From: Faecousia sp.
Lineage (GTDB): Bacteria; Bacillota; Clostridia; Oscillospirales; Oscillospiraceae
Length of the DNA: 64,000 nt
NCBI GenBank assembly: GCA_045580345.1
Contig: JAZNNO010000026.1
Location: 13,562-77,561 of the forward strand
Direction of reading: 5' to 3'
Shown here: positions 9,405-19,297 of the stretch, in pieces
Layout of the letters: the number at the start of each line of letters is the position of its first letter
Position numbering within the stretch: position 1 is the first letter of the stretch
The notes under the pieces: model-generated
Seen by the model: only the letters and a program-made list of their open reading frames with translations
Told to the model about the DNA's origin: nothing
Database searches by the model: none
Translations under genes and position numbers: made by a program

Positions 9405-10604
9405 ATGAACTACAACAAGAAGTCCATCGAAGACATTGAAGTAGCCGGCAAGCGCGTTCTGTGCCGCTGCGACTTCAACGTACCCACCAAGGACGGCAAG
9501 ATCACTTCCGACAAGCGTATCGTTGCCGCTATGCCCACCATCGAGTACCTGGTCAAGAAGGGTGCCAAGGTGATCCTGTGCTCCCACATGGGTAAGCCCA
9601 AGGGTGAGTGGAAGCCCGAGCTGAGCCTGAAGGTGGTCGCTGACCGTCTGAGCGAGCTGCTGGGTAAGGAAGTCATTATGGCTGCTGATGTTGCCGGTGA
9701 GGATGCAAAGGCTAAGGCTGCTGCTCTGAAAGAGGGCGATGTGATGCTGCTGGAAAACACCCGTTACATCAAGGGCGAGACCAAGAACGATCCCGAGCTG
9801 AGCAAGGATCTGGCTTCTATGGCTGATATCTTTGTCAACGATGCTTTCGGTACCGCTCACCGCGCTCACTCCTCCACTGCCGGCGTAGCAGACTACCTGC
9901 CCGCTGTTTCCGGCTACCTGGTTCAGAAGGAAGTTTCCATCATGGGCAAGGCTTTGGCCAACCCCGAGCGTCCCTTCGTGGCTATCCTGGGCGGCGCTAA
10001 GGTTTCCGACAAGCTGAATGTTATCAATAACCTGCTGGAGAAGGTCGACACTCTGATCATCGGCGGCGGTATGGCTTACACCTTCCTGGCTGCTCAGGGC
10101 TACACCGTTGGCAAGAGCCTGGTTGACAACGAAAAGTTAGACTACTGCAAGGAAATGATGGCTAAGGCTGAAGCTAAGGGCGTAAAGCTGCTGCTGCCTG
10201 TTGATACTGCTGTTGCCGCTTCCTTCCCCTCCCCCATCGATGCTGAGATCGCTGTTGACTATGTGGATTGCACCGCTATCCCCGCTGATCAGATGGGTCT
10301 GGACATCGGCCCCAAGGCTTGCGCTGAGTTCGCTGCTGCCGCTAAGGCTGCCAAGACCGTTGTTTGGAACGGCCCCATGGGCGTGTTCGAGAACCCCACC
10401 CTGGCAAAGGGCACCATTGCTGTTGCTCAGGCACTGGCTGACAGCGACGCTGTGACCATCGTCGGCGGCGGTGACTCTGCTGCCGCTTGCGAGCAGTTGG
10501 GCTTCGCTTCTCAGATCACCCACATCTCCACCGGCGGCGGCGCTTCCCTGGAGTTCTTGGAAGGCCTGGAGCTCCCTGGCATCGCCTGCTTGCAGGACAA
10601 ATAA
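9405..10604 (+). CDS. pgk: Phosphoglycerate kinase
   Basis: [39 protein letters not shown]. Confidence 0.98.
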   Translation: MNYNKKSIEDIEVAGKRVLCRCDFNVPTKDGKITSDKRIVAAMPTIEYLVKKGAKVILCSHMGKPKGEWKPELSLKVVADRLSELLGKEVIMAADVAGEDAKAKAAALKEGDVMLLENTRYIKGETKNDPELSKDLASMADIFVNDAFGTAHRAHSSTAGVADYLPAVSGYLVQKEVSIMGKALANPERPFVAILGGAKVSDKLNVINNLLEKVDTLIIGGGMAYTFLAAQGYTVGKSLVDNEKLDYCKEMMAKAEAKGVKLLLPVDTAVAASFPSPIDAEIAVDYVDCTAIPADQMGLDIGPKACAEFAAAAKAAKTVVWNGPMGVFENPTLAKGTIAVAQALADSDAVTIVGGGDSAAACEQLGFASQITHISTGGGASLEFLEGLELPGIACLQDK

Positions 10605-10619
10605 TCCCTTGAATTTATA

Positions 10620-10675
10620 ATGTAGGGCGGGGGTCTTACCCCCGCTACTACATCGCCCGTGTATCCACCCTACAT
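10620..10675. repeat. Degenerate GTAG-type REP doublet
   Basis: GTAG-GGCGGGGG-TCTTA-CCCCCGC hairpin plus an inverted ATGTAGGGTGG copy ending at 10675. Confidence 0.5.
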
Positions 10676-10735
10676 ATTTTATAACTTTGTAAATTACATC
10701 GAATTTCGATGCACATATAAGAAGGAGAATAAGAA

Positions 10736-11515
10736 ATGAACAGAAAGTATCGTAAGACCGTCATTGCCGGTAACTGGAAGATGAACAAGACCCCCTCCGA
10801 GACCAAGGAGTTTATGACACAGCTGAAGGCGATCATGCCCAAGGGTCGTTGGTGCGATGTCGCTCTGTGCGTTCCCGCTATTTGCATTCCCGCTGCTGTC
10901 CGCGCTATGCGTGAGACCCGCGTGGGCATCGGCGCTGAGAACTGCCACTTCGAGGCTAAGGGCGCTTATACCGGCGAGCTGGCTACCAATATGCTGGTGG
11001 ATGCCGGCTGTAAGTACGTGATCATCGGCCACTCCGAGCGCCGTGAGATGTTCGGCGAGACCGACGCTACTGTTAACGCTAAGGTTTTGGCTGCTCTGGA
11101 AGCCGGTCTGACCCCCATCGTATGCTGCGGTGAGACCCTGGAGCAGAGAGAGAACGGTGTTACCACCGAGCATATCGCTATGCAGATCAAGCTGGCTCTG
11201 AAGGGCGTTTCCGAGGACAAGATCCGCAAGGTAGTCATCGCCTACGAGCCCATCTGGGCTATCGGCACCGGCCTGACCGCTACTCCCGAGCAGGCACAGG
11301 AGGTTTGTGAGAACATCCGCGCTGTGGTTCGCAAGCTGTACGCTTCCAAGAACGCCCGCGCCATCTCCATCCTGTACGGCGGCAGCATGAACGAGAAGAA
11401 CGCTTACGAGCTGCTGGCTCAGCCCGACATCGACGGCGGCCTCATCGGTGGCGCTTCCCTGGTCCCCGAGAAGTTCGTCCAGATCATCGAAGCTGCAAAT
11501 CAGCCCACCGTGTAA
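10736..11515 (+). CDS. tpiA: Triosephosphate isomerase
   Basis: [41 protein letters not shown]. Confidence 0.98.
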   Translation: MNRKYRKTVIAGNWKMNKTPSETKEFMTQLKAIMPKGRWCDVALCVPAICIPAAVRAMRETRVGIGAENCHFEAKGAYTGELATNMLVDAGCKYVIIGHSERREMFGETDATVNAKVLAALEAGLTPIVCCGETLEQRENGVTTEHIAMQIKLALKGVSEDKIRKVVIAYEPIWAIGTGLTATPEQAQEVCENIRAVVRKLYASKNARAISILYGGSMNEKNAYELLAQPDIDGGLIGGASLVPEKFVQIIEAANQPTV

Positions 11516-11524
11516 TTTCACCTT

Positions 11525-11556
11525 AAAGAGACCGCCCAATGGGCGGTCTCTTTTTT
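11525..11556 (+). terminator. Intrinsic terminator after pgk-tpiA
   Basis: AAAGAGACCGCCC-AAT-GGGCGGTCTCTTTTTT. Confidence 0.88.
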
Positions 11557-11623
11557 GCAAACTGTTGCATTTTGGCAACAAATACAGTAAAATATATAAG
11601 ACATTTTGAAAGGAGGACAGACT

Positions 11624-13237
11624 ATGCATACCAAGATTCTTTGCGCCGATGATAAGCAGGTAGTCAGCGCCGCTGCTGAGCTTTTGGTTAGTGGCGAATT
11701 GGTGGCAATTCCCACGGAAACTGTTTACGGCTTGGGCGCTGACGGATTGAATCCCGATGCCGTTGCCAAGATCTTCAAAGCCAAGGGTCGTCCCCAGGAC
11801 AATCCTCTGATCCTCCATATTGCTGATGCCAAAGACATGGAAAAATTCTGCCACAGCATTCCGGAAAGTGCCTGGGCATTGGCGGAAACATTTTGGCCCG
11901 GTCCGCTGACCATGGTGCTGCCCGCTAAGGATATTGTTCCCAAATGCACTACAGCCGGTCTTCCCACGGTAGCTGTCCGCTGCCCGGATTGTGAGATCAC
12001 AAGAGAGATTATCCGCAAGGCCGGCGTGCCTGTTGCCGCCCCCTCGGCGAACCTCTCCGGCAAGCCCTCCACCACCACAGCGGAGCATGTTTATCACGAT
12101 CACAACGGGAATATCCCCCTGATCGTGGACGGCGGCCCTTGCCGGGTGGGCGTGGAATCCACCATTCTTGATCTGACCGACGAGAAACCCCGACTGCTGC
12201 GGCCCGGCGGCATTACCGTTGAGGCAATGGCACAAATCGTGGGTGAGATCGTCATAGATAAGGCCGTCACCGGCTCTATTGACAAGGATACCGTTGTAAA
12301 AGCGCCGGGTATGAAGTACCGGCACTACGCCCCGGAATGCTCCGTCATCATCGTGGACGGCTCTACAGAAGCTGCTTCCCGGTACATAGGAAAGCACTTT
12401 AGCCCCAACAACCGGGTTCTGTGCTTTGAAGAAGAATTGCAGGCTTTCTCCGATTTTGCGCCCCTGTCCTATGGTAAAGAAGCCGACACGGACACTTTGC
12501 TTGCAGGGCTCTTCGCCGCTTTGCGGGAGCTGGATGACCCCAGCATCGGCACAGTGTTTGCCCGCTGTCCTGCAGGTAGCGGCAAAGCAATGGCTGTGCA
12601 GAACCGGCTTTTGAAGGCAGCGGGATTCCACCGGGTAAATGCAGAGCGGTTTGTTTTGGGCATCACCGGTGGCACTGGCTGCGGCAAGACCACTTTGCTG
12701 AAAGCTTTTGAAGCCATCGGCGGCGTGGTCATGGACTGCGATGCCATTTATCACGAATTGCTGAAAAACGATGCTTCTTTGCTGCACTCCATTGAAGACC
12801 GTTTCCCCGGCTGCGTAGAAGCGGGTGAATTAAACCGCAAAAAGTTAGGCGCGATCGTCTTTTCTGACCCGGCGGCTTTGGCAGATTTGAACACCATCAC
12901 CCACGGCGCTGTCAAAGCTGAAGTGCTGCGGCGTTTGGATGTGGCGTCTGTGCCTGTGGCTATCGATGCCATCGGTCTGTTTGAGGGCGGCTTGGCTGCG
13001 CTTTGCGATGCCACTGTAGCTGTTACTGCGCCTTTGGAAGATCGTATTGCCCGGCTCACTGTTCGGGATAATATCACCCCGGAGCAGGCAAAGCTTCGCA
13101 TCAACGCCCAAAAGCCGGAATCCTGGTTCCGGGAGAACTGCGATCACATTCTGGAAAACAATGGCACAGCCAGCAATTTCCAAGAAAAATGTTTTGCCTT
13201 TTTTGATAAGCTGTCTATAATAAAGAAAAAGGCTTGA
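11624..13237 (+). CDS. Fusion: threonylcarbamoyl-AMP synthase (Sua5/TsaC) + dephospho-CoA kinase (CoaE)
   Basis: N-terminal PTETVYGLGA, KGRPQDNPLILH, APSANLSGKPS, PGMKYRHYAP; from ~12650 GITGGTGCGKT..DCDAIYHELL..LNRKKLGAIVF..LNTITH; one open frame. Confidence 0.9.
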   Translation: MHTKILCADDKQVVSAAAELLVSGELVAIPTETVYGLGADGLNPDAVAKIFKAKGRPQDNPLILHIADAKDMEKFCHSIPESAWALAETFWPGPLTMVLPAKDIVPKCTTAGLPTVAVRCPDCEITREIIRKAGVPVAAPSANLSGKPSTTTAEHVYHDHNGNIPLIVDGGPCRVGVESTILDLTDEKPRLLRPGGITVEAMAQIVGEIVIDKAVTGSIDKDTVVKAPGMKYRHYAPECSVIIVDGSTEAASRYIGKHFSPNNRVLCFEEELQAFSDFAPLSYGKEADTDTLLAGLFAALRELDDPSIGTVFARCPAGSGKAMAVQNRLLKAAGFHRVNAERFVLGITGGTGCGKTTLLKAFEAIGGVVMDCDAIYHELLKNDASLLHSIEDRFPGCVEAGELNRKKLGAIVFSDPAALADLNTITHGAVKAEVLRRLDVASVPVAIDAIGLFEGGLAALCDATVAVTAPLEDRIARLTVRDNITPEQAKLRINAQKPESWFRENCDHILENNGTASNFQEKCFAFFDKLSIIKKKA

Positions 13238-13246
13238 AGGAGAATT

Positions 13247-14629
13247 GTGATGGAAGAACTGAAGAAATCTCTGCTGAATGAAACGCAAAACGGCTATGCC
13301 CAATTGACCGATACCCAGCGCTCTGAAATGGAAAGCTACTGCGCCCGCTACAGAGCCTTTATGGACACCTGCAAAATGGAGCGGGAGGCTACTGCCTGGG
13401 CTGTGGAGACCGCGAAGGCAAACGGCTTTACGGAAATGGTGCCCGGCAAGGAAGTGAAAGCCGGCGACAAGGTGTATTTCAACAACCGGAATAAGAGCAT
13501 TATCTTAGCTGTTGTGGGCAGCGAAAGCCTGGCCGAGGGCGCGAATATCTGCGCCGCCCATGTAGACTCTCCCCGCCTGGACTTAAAGCCCAATCCCCTT
13601 TATGAAGATGCAGAAATTGCCTATTTCAAGACCCATTACTACGGCGGCGTAAAGAAGTATCAGTGGGCCACCATTCCCCTGGCTATCCACGGTGTTGTAT
13701 ACCGCAAGGACGGCTCTGTGGTATCCGTCACTGTGGGCGAAGATGAAAGTGATCCTATTTTCTATATCTCCGACCTGCTGATCCATCTGTCCGCTGACCA
13801 GCTGCAGAAGACCGCAGCCAAGGTCATTGAAGGAGAGCAGCTGAATGTGATCTTGGGTTCTGAGCCCCTCCAGGGCGAGGGCAGCGACCTGGTAAAGCTG
13901 CACATTATGAAGCTGCTGAACGAAAAGTACGGCCTTGTGGAAGAGGATTTCCTGTCCGCTGAGCTGTGCGTCCTGCCCGCCGGCAAATGCCGTGAGGTAG
14001 GCTTTGACCGCAGCCTTTTGGGCGCTTACGGTCACGATGACCGGGTCTGCGCCTTTGCAGAGCTTTACTCTCTTTTTGCTATCGGCACCCCCAAGCACAC
14101 CGCTGTATGCATTTTGGCTGACAAGGAAGAGATCGGCTCTGTGGGCGTGACCGGTATGCAGAGCGATGCTTTCGAGTATTTTATGGAAATGCTCTGCCAG
14201 GCCCAGGGCGTGAATCTGCGGCAGTGCCTTGCCAATTCCTTCTGCCTGTCCGCTGACGTTTCCAATGCCTTTGACCCTAATTTTGCCGAGGTTTCCGACA
14301 AGCGGAATAACTGCAAGTTAAACTACGGCATTGCCATTTTGAAGTACACCGGCTCCCGTGGCAAGGCCGGCGCATCCGATGCCTCCGCCGAGGCTATGGG
14401 TCACGTCCGCTCTACTTTGGACAAGGCCGGTGTGAAGTGGCAGATCGCCACATTGGGCAAGGTGGACCAGGGCGGCGGCGGTACGGTGGCTGCCTATATG
14501 GCAAACCGGAACATTGTTACTGTGGACGCAGGCGTGCCTGTCCTCAGTATGCACGCACCTATGGAGCTGGTGAGCAAGCTGGACTGCTATATGACCATGC
14601 TTGCCTGCAAAGCAATTTACTTGGCATAA
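13247..14629 (+). CDS. M18 family aminopeptidase (ApeA-like)
   Basis: AHVDSPRLDLKP, HYYGGVKKYQW, HDDRVC, DKEEIGS, SMHAP. Confidence 0.92.
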   Translation: MMEELKKSLLNETQNGYAQLTDTQRSEMESYCARYRAFMDTCKMEREATAWAVETAKANGFTEMVPGKEVKAGDKVYFNNRNKSIILAVVGSESLAEGANICAAHVDSPRLDLKPNPLYEDAEIAYFKTHYYGGVKKYQWATIPLAIHGVVYRKDGSVVSVTVGEDESDPIFYISDLLIHLSADQLQKTAAKVIEGEQLNVILGSEPLQGEGSDLVKLHIMKLLNEKYGLVEEDFLSAELCVLPAGKCREVGFDRSLLGAYGHDDRVCAFAELYSLFAIGTPKHTAVCILADKEEIGSVGVTGMQSDAFEYFMEMLCQAQGVNLRQCLANSFCLSADVSNAFDPNFAEVSDKRNNCKLNYGIAILKYTGSRGKAGASDASAEAMGHVRSTLDKAGVKWQIATLGKVDQGGGGTVAAYMANRNIVTVDAGVPVLSMHAPMELVSKLDCYMTMLACKAIYLA

Positions 14630-14690
14630 CCGGTTTTTCAGGCGTGCCGACCCGGCACGCCTGCCTTCATTTTACATATAGAGGTTTCCT

Positions 14691-15608
14691 ATGGCTGAAA
14701 TTCTGCTAAAATCCGCTTCGTTTATATGCTTGATCGCGCTGGGCTATCTTCTCAAGCGCAAGGGGCTTTTCGGCAAGACCGATTTTAAGATCCTGTCTAA
14801 AATCGTGCTGAACATCACCCTGCCCTGCGCCAACATCGTGAGCTTTTCCAAATATCCACCGGATACATCTTTGCTATTGGTGGTATTATTGGGCTTTGCT
14901 ATGAACTGGCTGATGCTGCTGATCGCCTGGTTCGCAAGCCGGGGCTATGAGCGTCCCAGCCGGGCCGTCTGGCTCAACTGTGTCACCGGCTACAACATCG
15001 GCACTTTCGCCCTGCCCTTTGTGCAGAGCTTTTTAGGTCCTGCCAGCCTGGTGGGCACCTGCCTGTTCAATACCGGCAATGCGCTGATGTGCAACGGCAC
15101 TACCTATGCCATCTCCATGAATATTATGGAGGGCACTAAGGGACTGAACTTAAAAAGCATCGGCAAAACACTGCTGAAATCCATGCCCTTCCTTACCCAG
15201 ATCATCCTTTTGCTTGTCTGCATCGTGGGGCTGCGGGTCCCCGAGGAAGTTGTGACTTTCGTCACCCCGGCATCCAATGCCAATGCGTTTTTGGCCATGT
15301 TTATGATCGGTTTGATGTTCGATTTCCACATTGAGAAATCTCGGATCAAGGAAATCAGCAGCATTTTGGTCATTCGCTATATTGTATCCTTCGCTGCTGC
15401 GGCTGCTTTTTATTTCCTGCTGCCCTTTGAGCTGCCCATCCGGCAGGCTTTGGCCATTACCGTTTTGGCGCCTGTGGGTACAGTGTCCACTGCCTTGGCT
15501 GTAAAGGCCGGCGGCGACCCGGCTATGGCCGCCAGCGCCAACTCCGTTTCTATTTTGATATCCATTCCCTTAATCTTGGGACTTTTAGCTGTTTTCGGCA
15601 CTGTTTAA
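14691..15608 (+). CDS. AEC family membrane transporter
   Basis: Multiple TM segments; LSKIVLNITLPC, GYNIGTFALPFVQ, NAFLAMFMIG. Confidence 0.8.
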   Translation: MAEILLKSASFICLIALGYLLKRKGLFGKTDFKILSKIVLNITLPCANIVSFSKYPPDTSLLLVVLLGFAMNWLMLLIAWFASRGYERPSRAVWLNCVTGYNIGTFALPFVQSFLGPASLVGTCLFNTGNALMCNGTTYAISMNIMEGTKGLNLKSIGKTLLKSMPFLTQIILLLVCIVGLRVPEEVVTFVTPASNANAFLAMFMIGLMFDFHIEKSRIKEISSILVIRYIVSFAAAAAFYFLLPFELPIRQALAITVLAPVGTVSTALAVKAGGDPAMAASANSVSILISIPLILGLLAVFGTV

Positions 15609-15662
15609 CTTTACATTTCGCAACAGAAATGTTATACTACATATCACGAAGGAGGTGCATCG

Positions 15663-16823
15663 ATGCGAGAATATTTACAAAAAATCGGCCAAGCTATCCG
15701 CAAGGGTGACTGGGTCTTGCTGCTGCTTTGCATCATCACCACCGCCTTTGGCTGCCTGGTGATTGCCAGCGCCACCAGCTATCTGGAATCCTTCCGTTAT
15801 ATCGGTATGCAGCTCGTCGCTGCCTGCATCGGCATTCTCTTCTTCGCCATTATGGCGACCGTGGATGCAGAATTTTGGCTGGAGCATCGGCTGATCCTGG
15901 TTATATTTAATATTTTGATCCTGGCCTTGCTGATCCCCTTCGGCGAGGAAATCGGCGGTAACCGAAGCTGGGTCAAATTTCCCGGTGTTCCCTTTAACAT
16001 CCAGGTGGCTGAGATCTGCAAGATCTCCTACATCCTCATTATGGCATCGGTCATGAATGCCCACAAGGAGCGGATCTCCTCTTTCCGATCTGTCTTTACC
16101 ATGGTATTCCACTTAGGACTTTTGTTCGTTACCAGCTTTATCCTTTCCGGCGACCTAGGAGTGTGCTCCATCTTTATTTTCATTTTTGTGATCATGGCCT
16201 TTGTTGGCGGTGTAAACTACCTTTGGTTTGCCGTGGCAGGCGGTGGTATTGCCTTGGTGTTCCCCGTTGTTTGGGCCAACCTGGACGATTATCAGCGGCT
16301 TCGTATTGAAGTTCTGTTTAACCCCGCGCTGGATCCATCCGGTACCGGTGTTCGGTGGCATACCAATCTGTCGCTGAAGTCTCTTACCGGCGGCGGCATG
16401 ACCGGCCAGGGCCTGTTCAGCGGTCACCGCACCCAAAACGGTATTCTTACCGGTCAGCACACAGACTTCATCTTCTCCACCATCGGCGAAGAATTGGGTT
16501 ATGTGGGCTGCATTGCGGTACTGCTGCTACTTGCCTGCATCATTGCCCGGTGCATTTGGGTCGGCCTGCGCAGCCAGGACTATGCCCGGCGGATGATCTG
16601 CTTCGGCGCTGCAGCCGCTCTTATTTTCCAGTTGCTGATCAATGTGTCTATGTGTACCGGTGTCGGCCCGGTTATCGGTCTGACCCTGCCCTTTATCAGC
16701 TACGGCGCTACCTCCATCGTTACGTTGTACGCAATGCTGGGATTGGTATCCGGCGTATATGCACGCCCCACTGCCACCTCACACGAACGATATATCCGCG
16801 CTCCCTTTTTAAGTAACCGCTGA
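15663..16823 (+). CDS. FtsW/RodA/SpoVE (SEDS) family protein
   Basis: GGNRSW..IQVAEICK, YQRLRI, HTDFIFSTIGEELG, GLTLPFISYG. Confidence 0.92.
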   Translation: MREYLQKIGQAIRKGDWVLLLLCIITTAFGCLVIASATSYLESFRYIGMQLVAACIGILFFAIMATVDAEFWLEHRLILVIFNILILALLIPFGEEIGGNRSWVKFPGVPFNIQVAEICKISYILIMASVMNAHKERISSFRSVFTMVFHLGLLFVTSFILSGDLGVCSIFIFIFVIMAFVGGVNYLWFAVAGGGIALVFPVVWANLDDYQRLRIEVLFNPALDPSGTGVRWHTNLSLKSLTGGGMTGQGLFSGHRTQNGILTGQHTDFIFSTIGEELGYVGCIAVLLLLACIIARCIWVGLRSQDYARRMICFGAAAALIFQLLINVSMCTGVGPVIGLTLPFISYGATSIVTLYAMLGLVSGVYARPTATSHERYIRAPFLSNR

Positions 16824-16994
16824 ATAAATCGACTGCGGTTATTGGCGGATCTTTTAGCCCAACTTTTCAGCTTTGAAAACTTGAAATACACAAAGTATTC
16901 CTGCGTTTCCCAAGCTTTAATTTGGACTAAAATCTCTTGCCACTCACTCTTGCCGATTTAATCACCGGTTACTCAAGTTTAACTAACAAGGAGA

Positions 16995-18434
16995 ATGACT
17001 ATGAAAGCATTTATGGATAAGGATTTCCTGCTGGAAACCGAAACCGCCAAGCACCTGTTCCACGACTATGCAGAAAAAATGCCCCTGGTTGACTACCACT
17101 GCCACTTAAATCCCCAGGAGATCTATGAGGATCGCCGTTTCAACAACATCGTGGAAGTATGGCTGGGCGGTCAGAACCCCGACGGCTCTTTCGCCGGCGA
17201 CCACTACAAGTGGCGTCTGATGCGCTCTAATGGCATTGACGAGAGCTATGTCACCGGCAACAAACCTCCCTACGAGCGTTTTCTGAAGTTAGCTGAGGCT
17301 CTGGAAATGGCCATTGGCAACCCTATGTACCACTGGTGCCACTTAGAGCTGCAGCAGTTCTTCGGCGTATATGAGCCCCTCACCACCGAGAGCGCACCCC
17401 GGATCTGGGAGATCTGCAATGACAAGCTGCAAAACGACCCGGAGATGTCCGCCCGGGGTCTGATCAAAAAGGCAAATGTGGCCTTCATCGGCACCACCGA
17501 CGATCCCATCGATGATCTGCAGTGGCATGAGAAGATCGCTGCCGACAAGACTTTCGATGTGGTGGTGGGTCCCTCCTTCCGTCCCGACAAGGCTGTGAAC
17601 ATTCACAAGGCCGGCTGGAAGGAATATATGGAAAAGCTGGCCGCCTCCGTTGGCAAGGAAAAGCTTGCCACTATGGCAGATGTGCTGGACGCTCTAGTCG
17701 AAAGAGTGGAATACTTCCACGCACGGGGCTGCAAGGCCAGTGACCACGGCTTGGACTATGTTCCTTTCCAGGATTACACCGTCGAGCAGGCAGATGCCGT
17801 TTATCAGAAGGCTCTGAAGGGTGAAAAGCTCACCACCGAGGAAGTGGAAGGCTTCCAGACTGTGATCCTTCTGCACTTAGGCAAGGCCTACACCCGGCTG
17901 AACATCACCATGCAGCTGCACTACTCCTGCCTGCGCAACAACAATCAGCGGATCTTCAAGGCACAGGGCCCTGATACCGGTGTGGATGCCATCGCTCAGA
18001 ACACCTGCGGCGGCAACATCTCCAAGCTCTTGTCCGCTTTGGACGAGGCAGGCAGCCTGCCCCAGACCATCCTCTACTCTCTGAACCCTGTGGATAACGC
18101 ACAGCTGGGTTCTCTCATCGGCTGCTTCCAGGATGCAAGCATCCCCGGCAAGATCCAGCACGGCTCTGCCTGGTGGTTCAACGACAACAAGACCGGTATG
18201 GAAGAGCAGATGATCTCCCTGGCAAACTTGGGATTGCTGGGCAACTTCATCGGTATGCTCACCGACTCCCGCTCCTTCCTCAGCTATGCACGGCACGATT
18301 ATTTCCGTCGGATCCTGTGCAACTTAGTTGGCAAGTGGGTGGAAAACGGCGAATACCCCAACCTGGAATCTTCCCTCAAGAAGATCATCGAGGGTGTCAG
18401 CTGCCGCAACGCTATGCGCTACTTTGATCTGTAA
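16995..18434 (+). CDS. uxaC: Glucuronate (uronate) isomerase
   Basis: FMDKDFLL, DYHCHL, GDHYKWRLMR, TTDDP, GSAWWFND, MLTDSRSFLSYARHDYFRRILC. Confidence 0.96.
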   Translation: MTMKAFMDKDFLLETETAKHLFHDYAEKMPLVDYHCHLNPQEIYEDRRFNNIVEVWLGGQNPDGSFAGDHYKWRLMRSNGIDESYVTGNKPPYERFLKLAEALEMAIGNPMYHWCHLELQQFFGVYEPLTTESAPRIWEICNDKLQNDPEMSARGLIKKANVAFIGTTDDPIDDLQWHEKIAADKTFDVVVGPSFRPDKAVNIHKAGWKEYMEKLAASVGKEKLATMADVLDALVERVEYFHARGCKASDHGLDYVPFQDYTVEQADAVYQKALKGEKLTTEEVEGFQTVILLHLGKAYTRLNITMQLHYSCLRNNNQRIFKAQGPDTGVDAIAQNTCGGNISKLLSALDEAGSLPQTILYSLNPVDNAQLGSLIGCFQDASIPGKIQHGSAWWFNDNKTGMEEQMISLANLGLLGNFIGMLTDSRSFLSYARHDYFRRILCNLVGKWVENGEYPNLESSLKKIIEGVSCRNAMRYFDL

Positions 18435-18471
18435 TAAAAAGGGCCTGGCCCCACCGGCCCAATTCCTTTTT

Positions 18472-19119
18472 TTACTTCATTTCCAGGAATTTGGCGGGAT
18501 CCATAGGCTTGCTGTCGCAGGTGACGCTAAAATGCAGGTGGTCGCCCAGCGCGCTTTCCAGCAACGCGGTATTGGCCACAGCACCGATTGCCTGTCCGGC
18601 AGTGACTTTTTCACCGGGCTTCACGGTGACCGTTTCCGCAAGGCTTGCGTAACGGGTGGTATAGCCGCCGTCATGACGGATCACCACGGTCATACCCATG
18701 GCATCGTCATCATAGACAGAATACACCTCACCGTCAGCAGCCGCACAGACCTTTGCCCCAGCCTCGGCAGCAATGTCCACACCGTTGTGGACACGCCAAT
18801 CCCGGGTGGTCTGGTTATAGGTCAGGCTATCCATAGCATACACTGCCACAGTCTGCCCCTCCAAAGGAGACACGGTCTTGATGGTCACCTTGGGGGTTGT
18901 GGTGGGCTGGGTAATTGGCTCACCGTTAGGGCCGGTAGCCACCACTGCCTGGTGATTGGAACCTACAATAGTAGGAACAGGATCTTCCATGGATACATTG
19001 GGGTCTTCGGCATTGCGATAGTACAAAAGTCCCGCAATACCGATGGCAGCAGCACATAGCGCAAGGGCTATGTAGTAGCCCCTACCGTTCACGCTGCCGG
19101 AATACTTTTTCTTGCTCAT
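18472..19119 (-). CDS. M23/LytM peptidase with N-terminal TM anchor, SpoIIQ-like
   Basis: GYYIALALCAAAIGIAG TM segment; HNGVD and HLHF zinc motifs; sigF-like promoter upstream. Confidence 0.8.
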   Translation of the reverse strand: MSKKKYSGSVNGRGYYIALALCAAAIGIAGLLYYRNAEDPNVSMEDPVPTIVGSNHQAVVATGPNGEPITQPTTTPKVTIKTVSPLEGQTVAVYAMDSLTYNQTTRDWRVHNGVDIAAEAGAKVCAAADGEVYSVYDDDAMGMTVVIRHDGGYTTRYASLAETVTVKPGEKVTAGQAIGAVANTALLESALGDHLHFSVTCDSKPMDPAKFLEMK

Positions 19120-19140
19120 TTTATAGCACCTCCGTAGTCA

Positions 19141-19168
19141 AGTATTACCAGTATTTTCAGTTCTAAAC
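19141..19168 (-). promoter_or_regulatory. SigF-like promoter of the M23 gene
   Basis: GTTTA-N14-GGTAATACT, then GGAGG. Confidence 0.5.
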
Positions 19169-19297
19169 GGATTTTGGAATCTTTTTTGTTTTTTCCCTGT
19201 TTTGCCGTCCGCTTTACCCCACAAAAGTGTTGACAAACGTCGTATTTTAAGGTATATCTATACTATTACGAAAAACAAAAAGGAACGGGGGAGGATA

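Noticed and set aside
10694-12787. 697-aa minus-strand ORF and similar long antisense ORFs (1466-2374, 3053-4246, 5043-6461, 41634-42857; plus-strand 43282-44799, 53509-55056)
   Set aside because: Shadow frames of well-supported genes with strong codon bias; no recognisable motifs or RBS
14639-14663. Hairpin CAGGCGTGCCG-ACC-CGGCACGCCTG after the M18 aminopeptidase
   Set aside because: No immediate U tract and no GTAG foot; cannot choose between terminator, stabiliser or repeat
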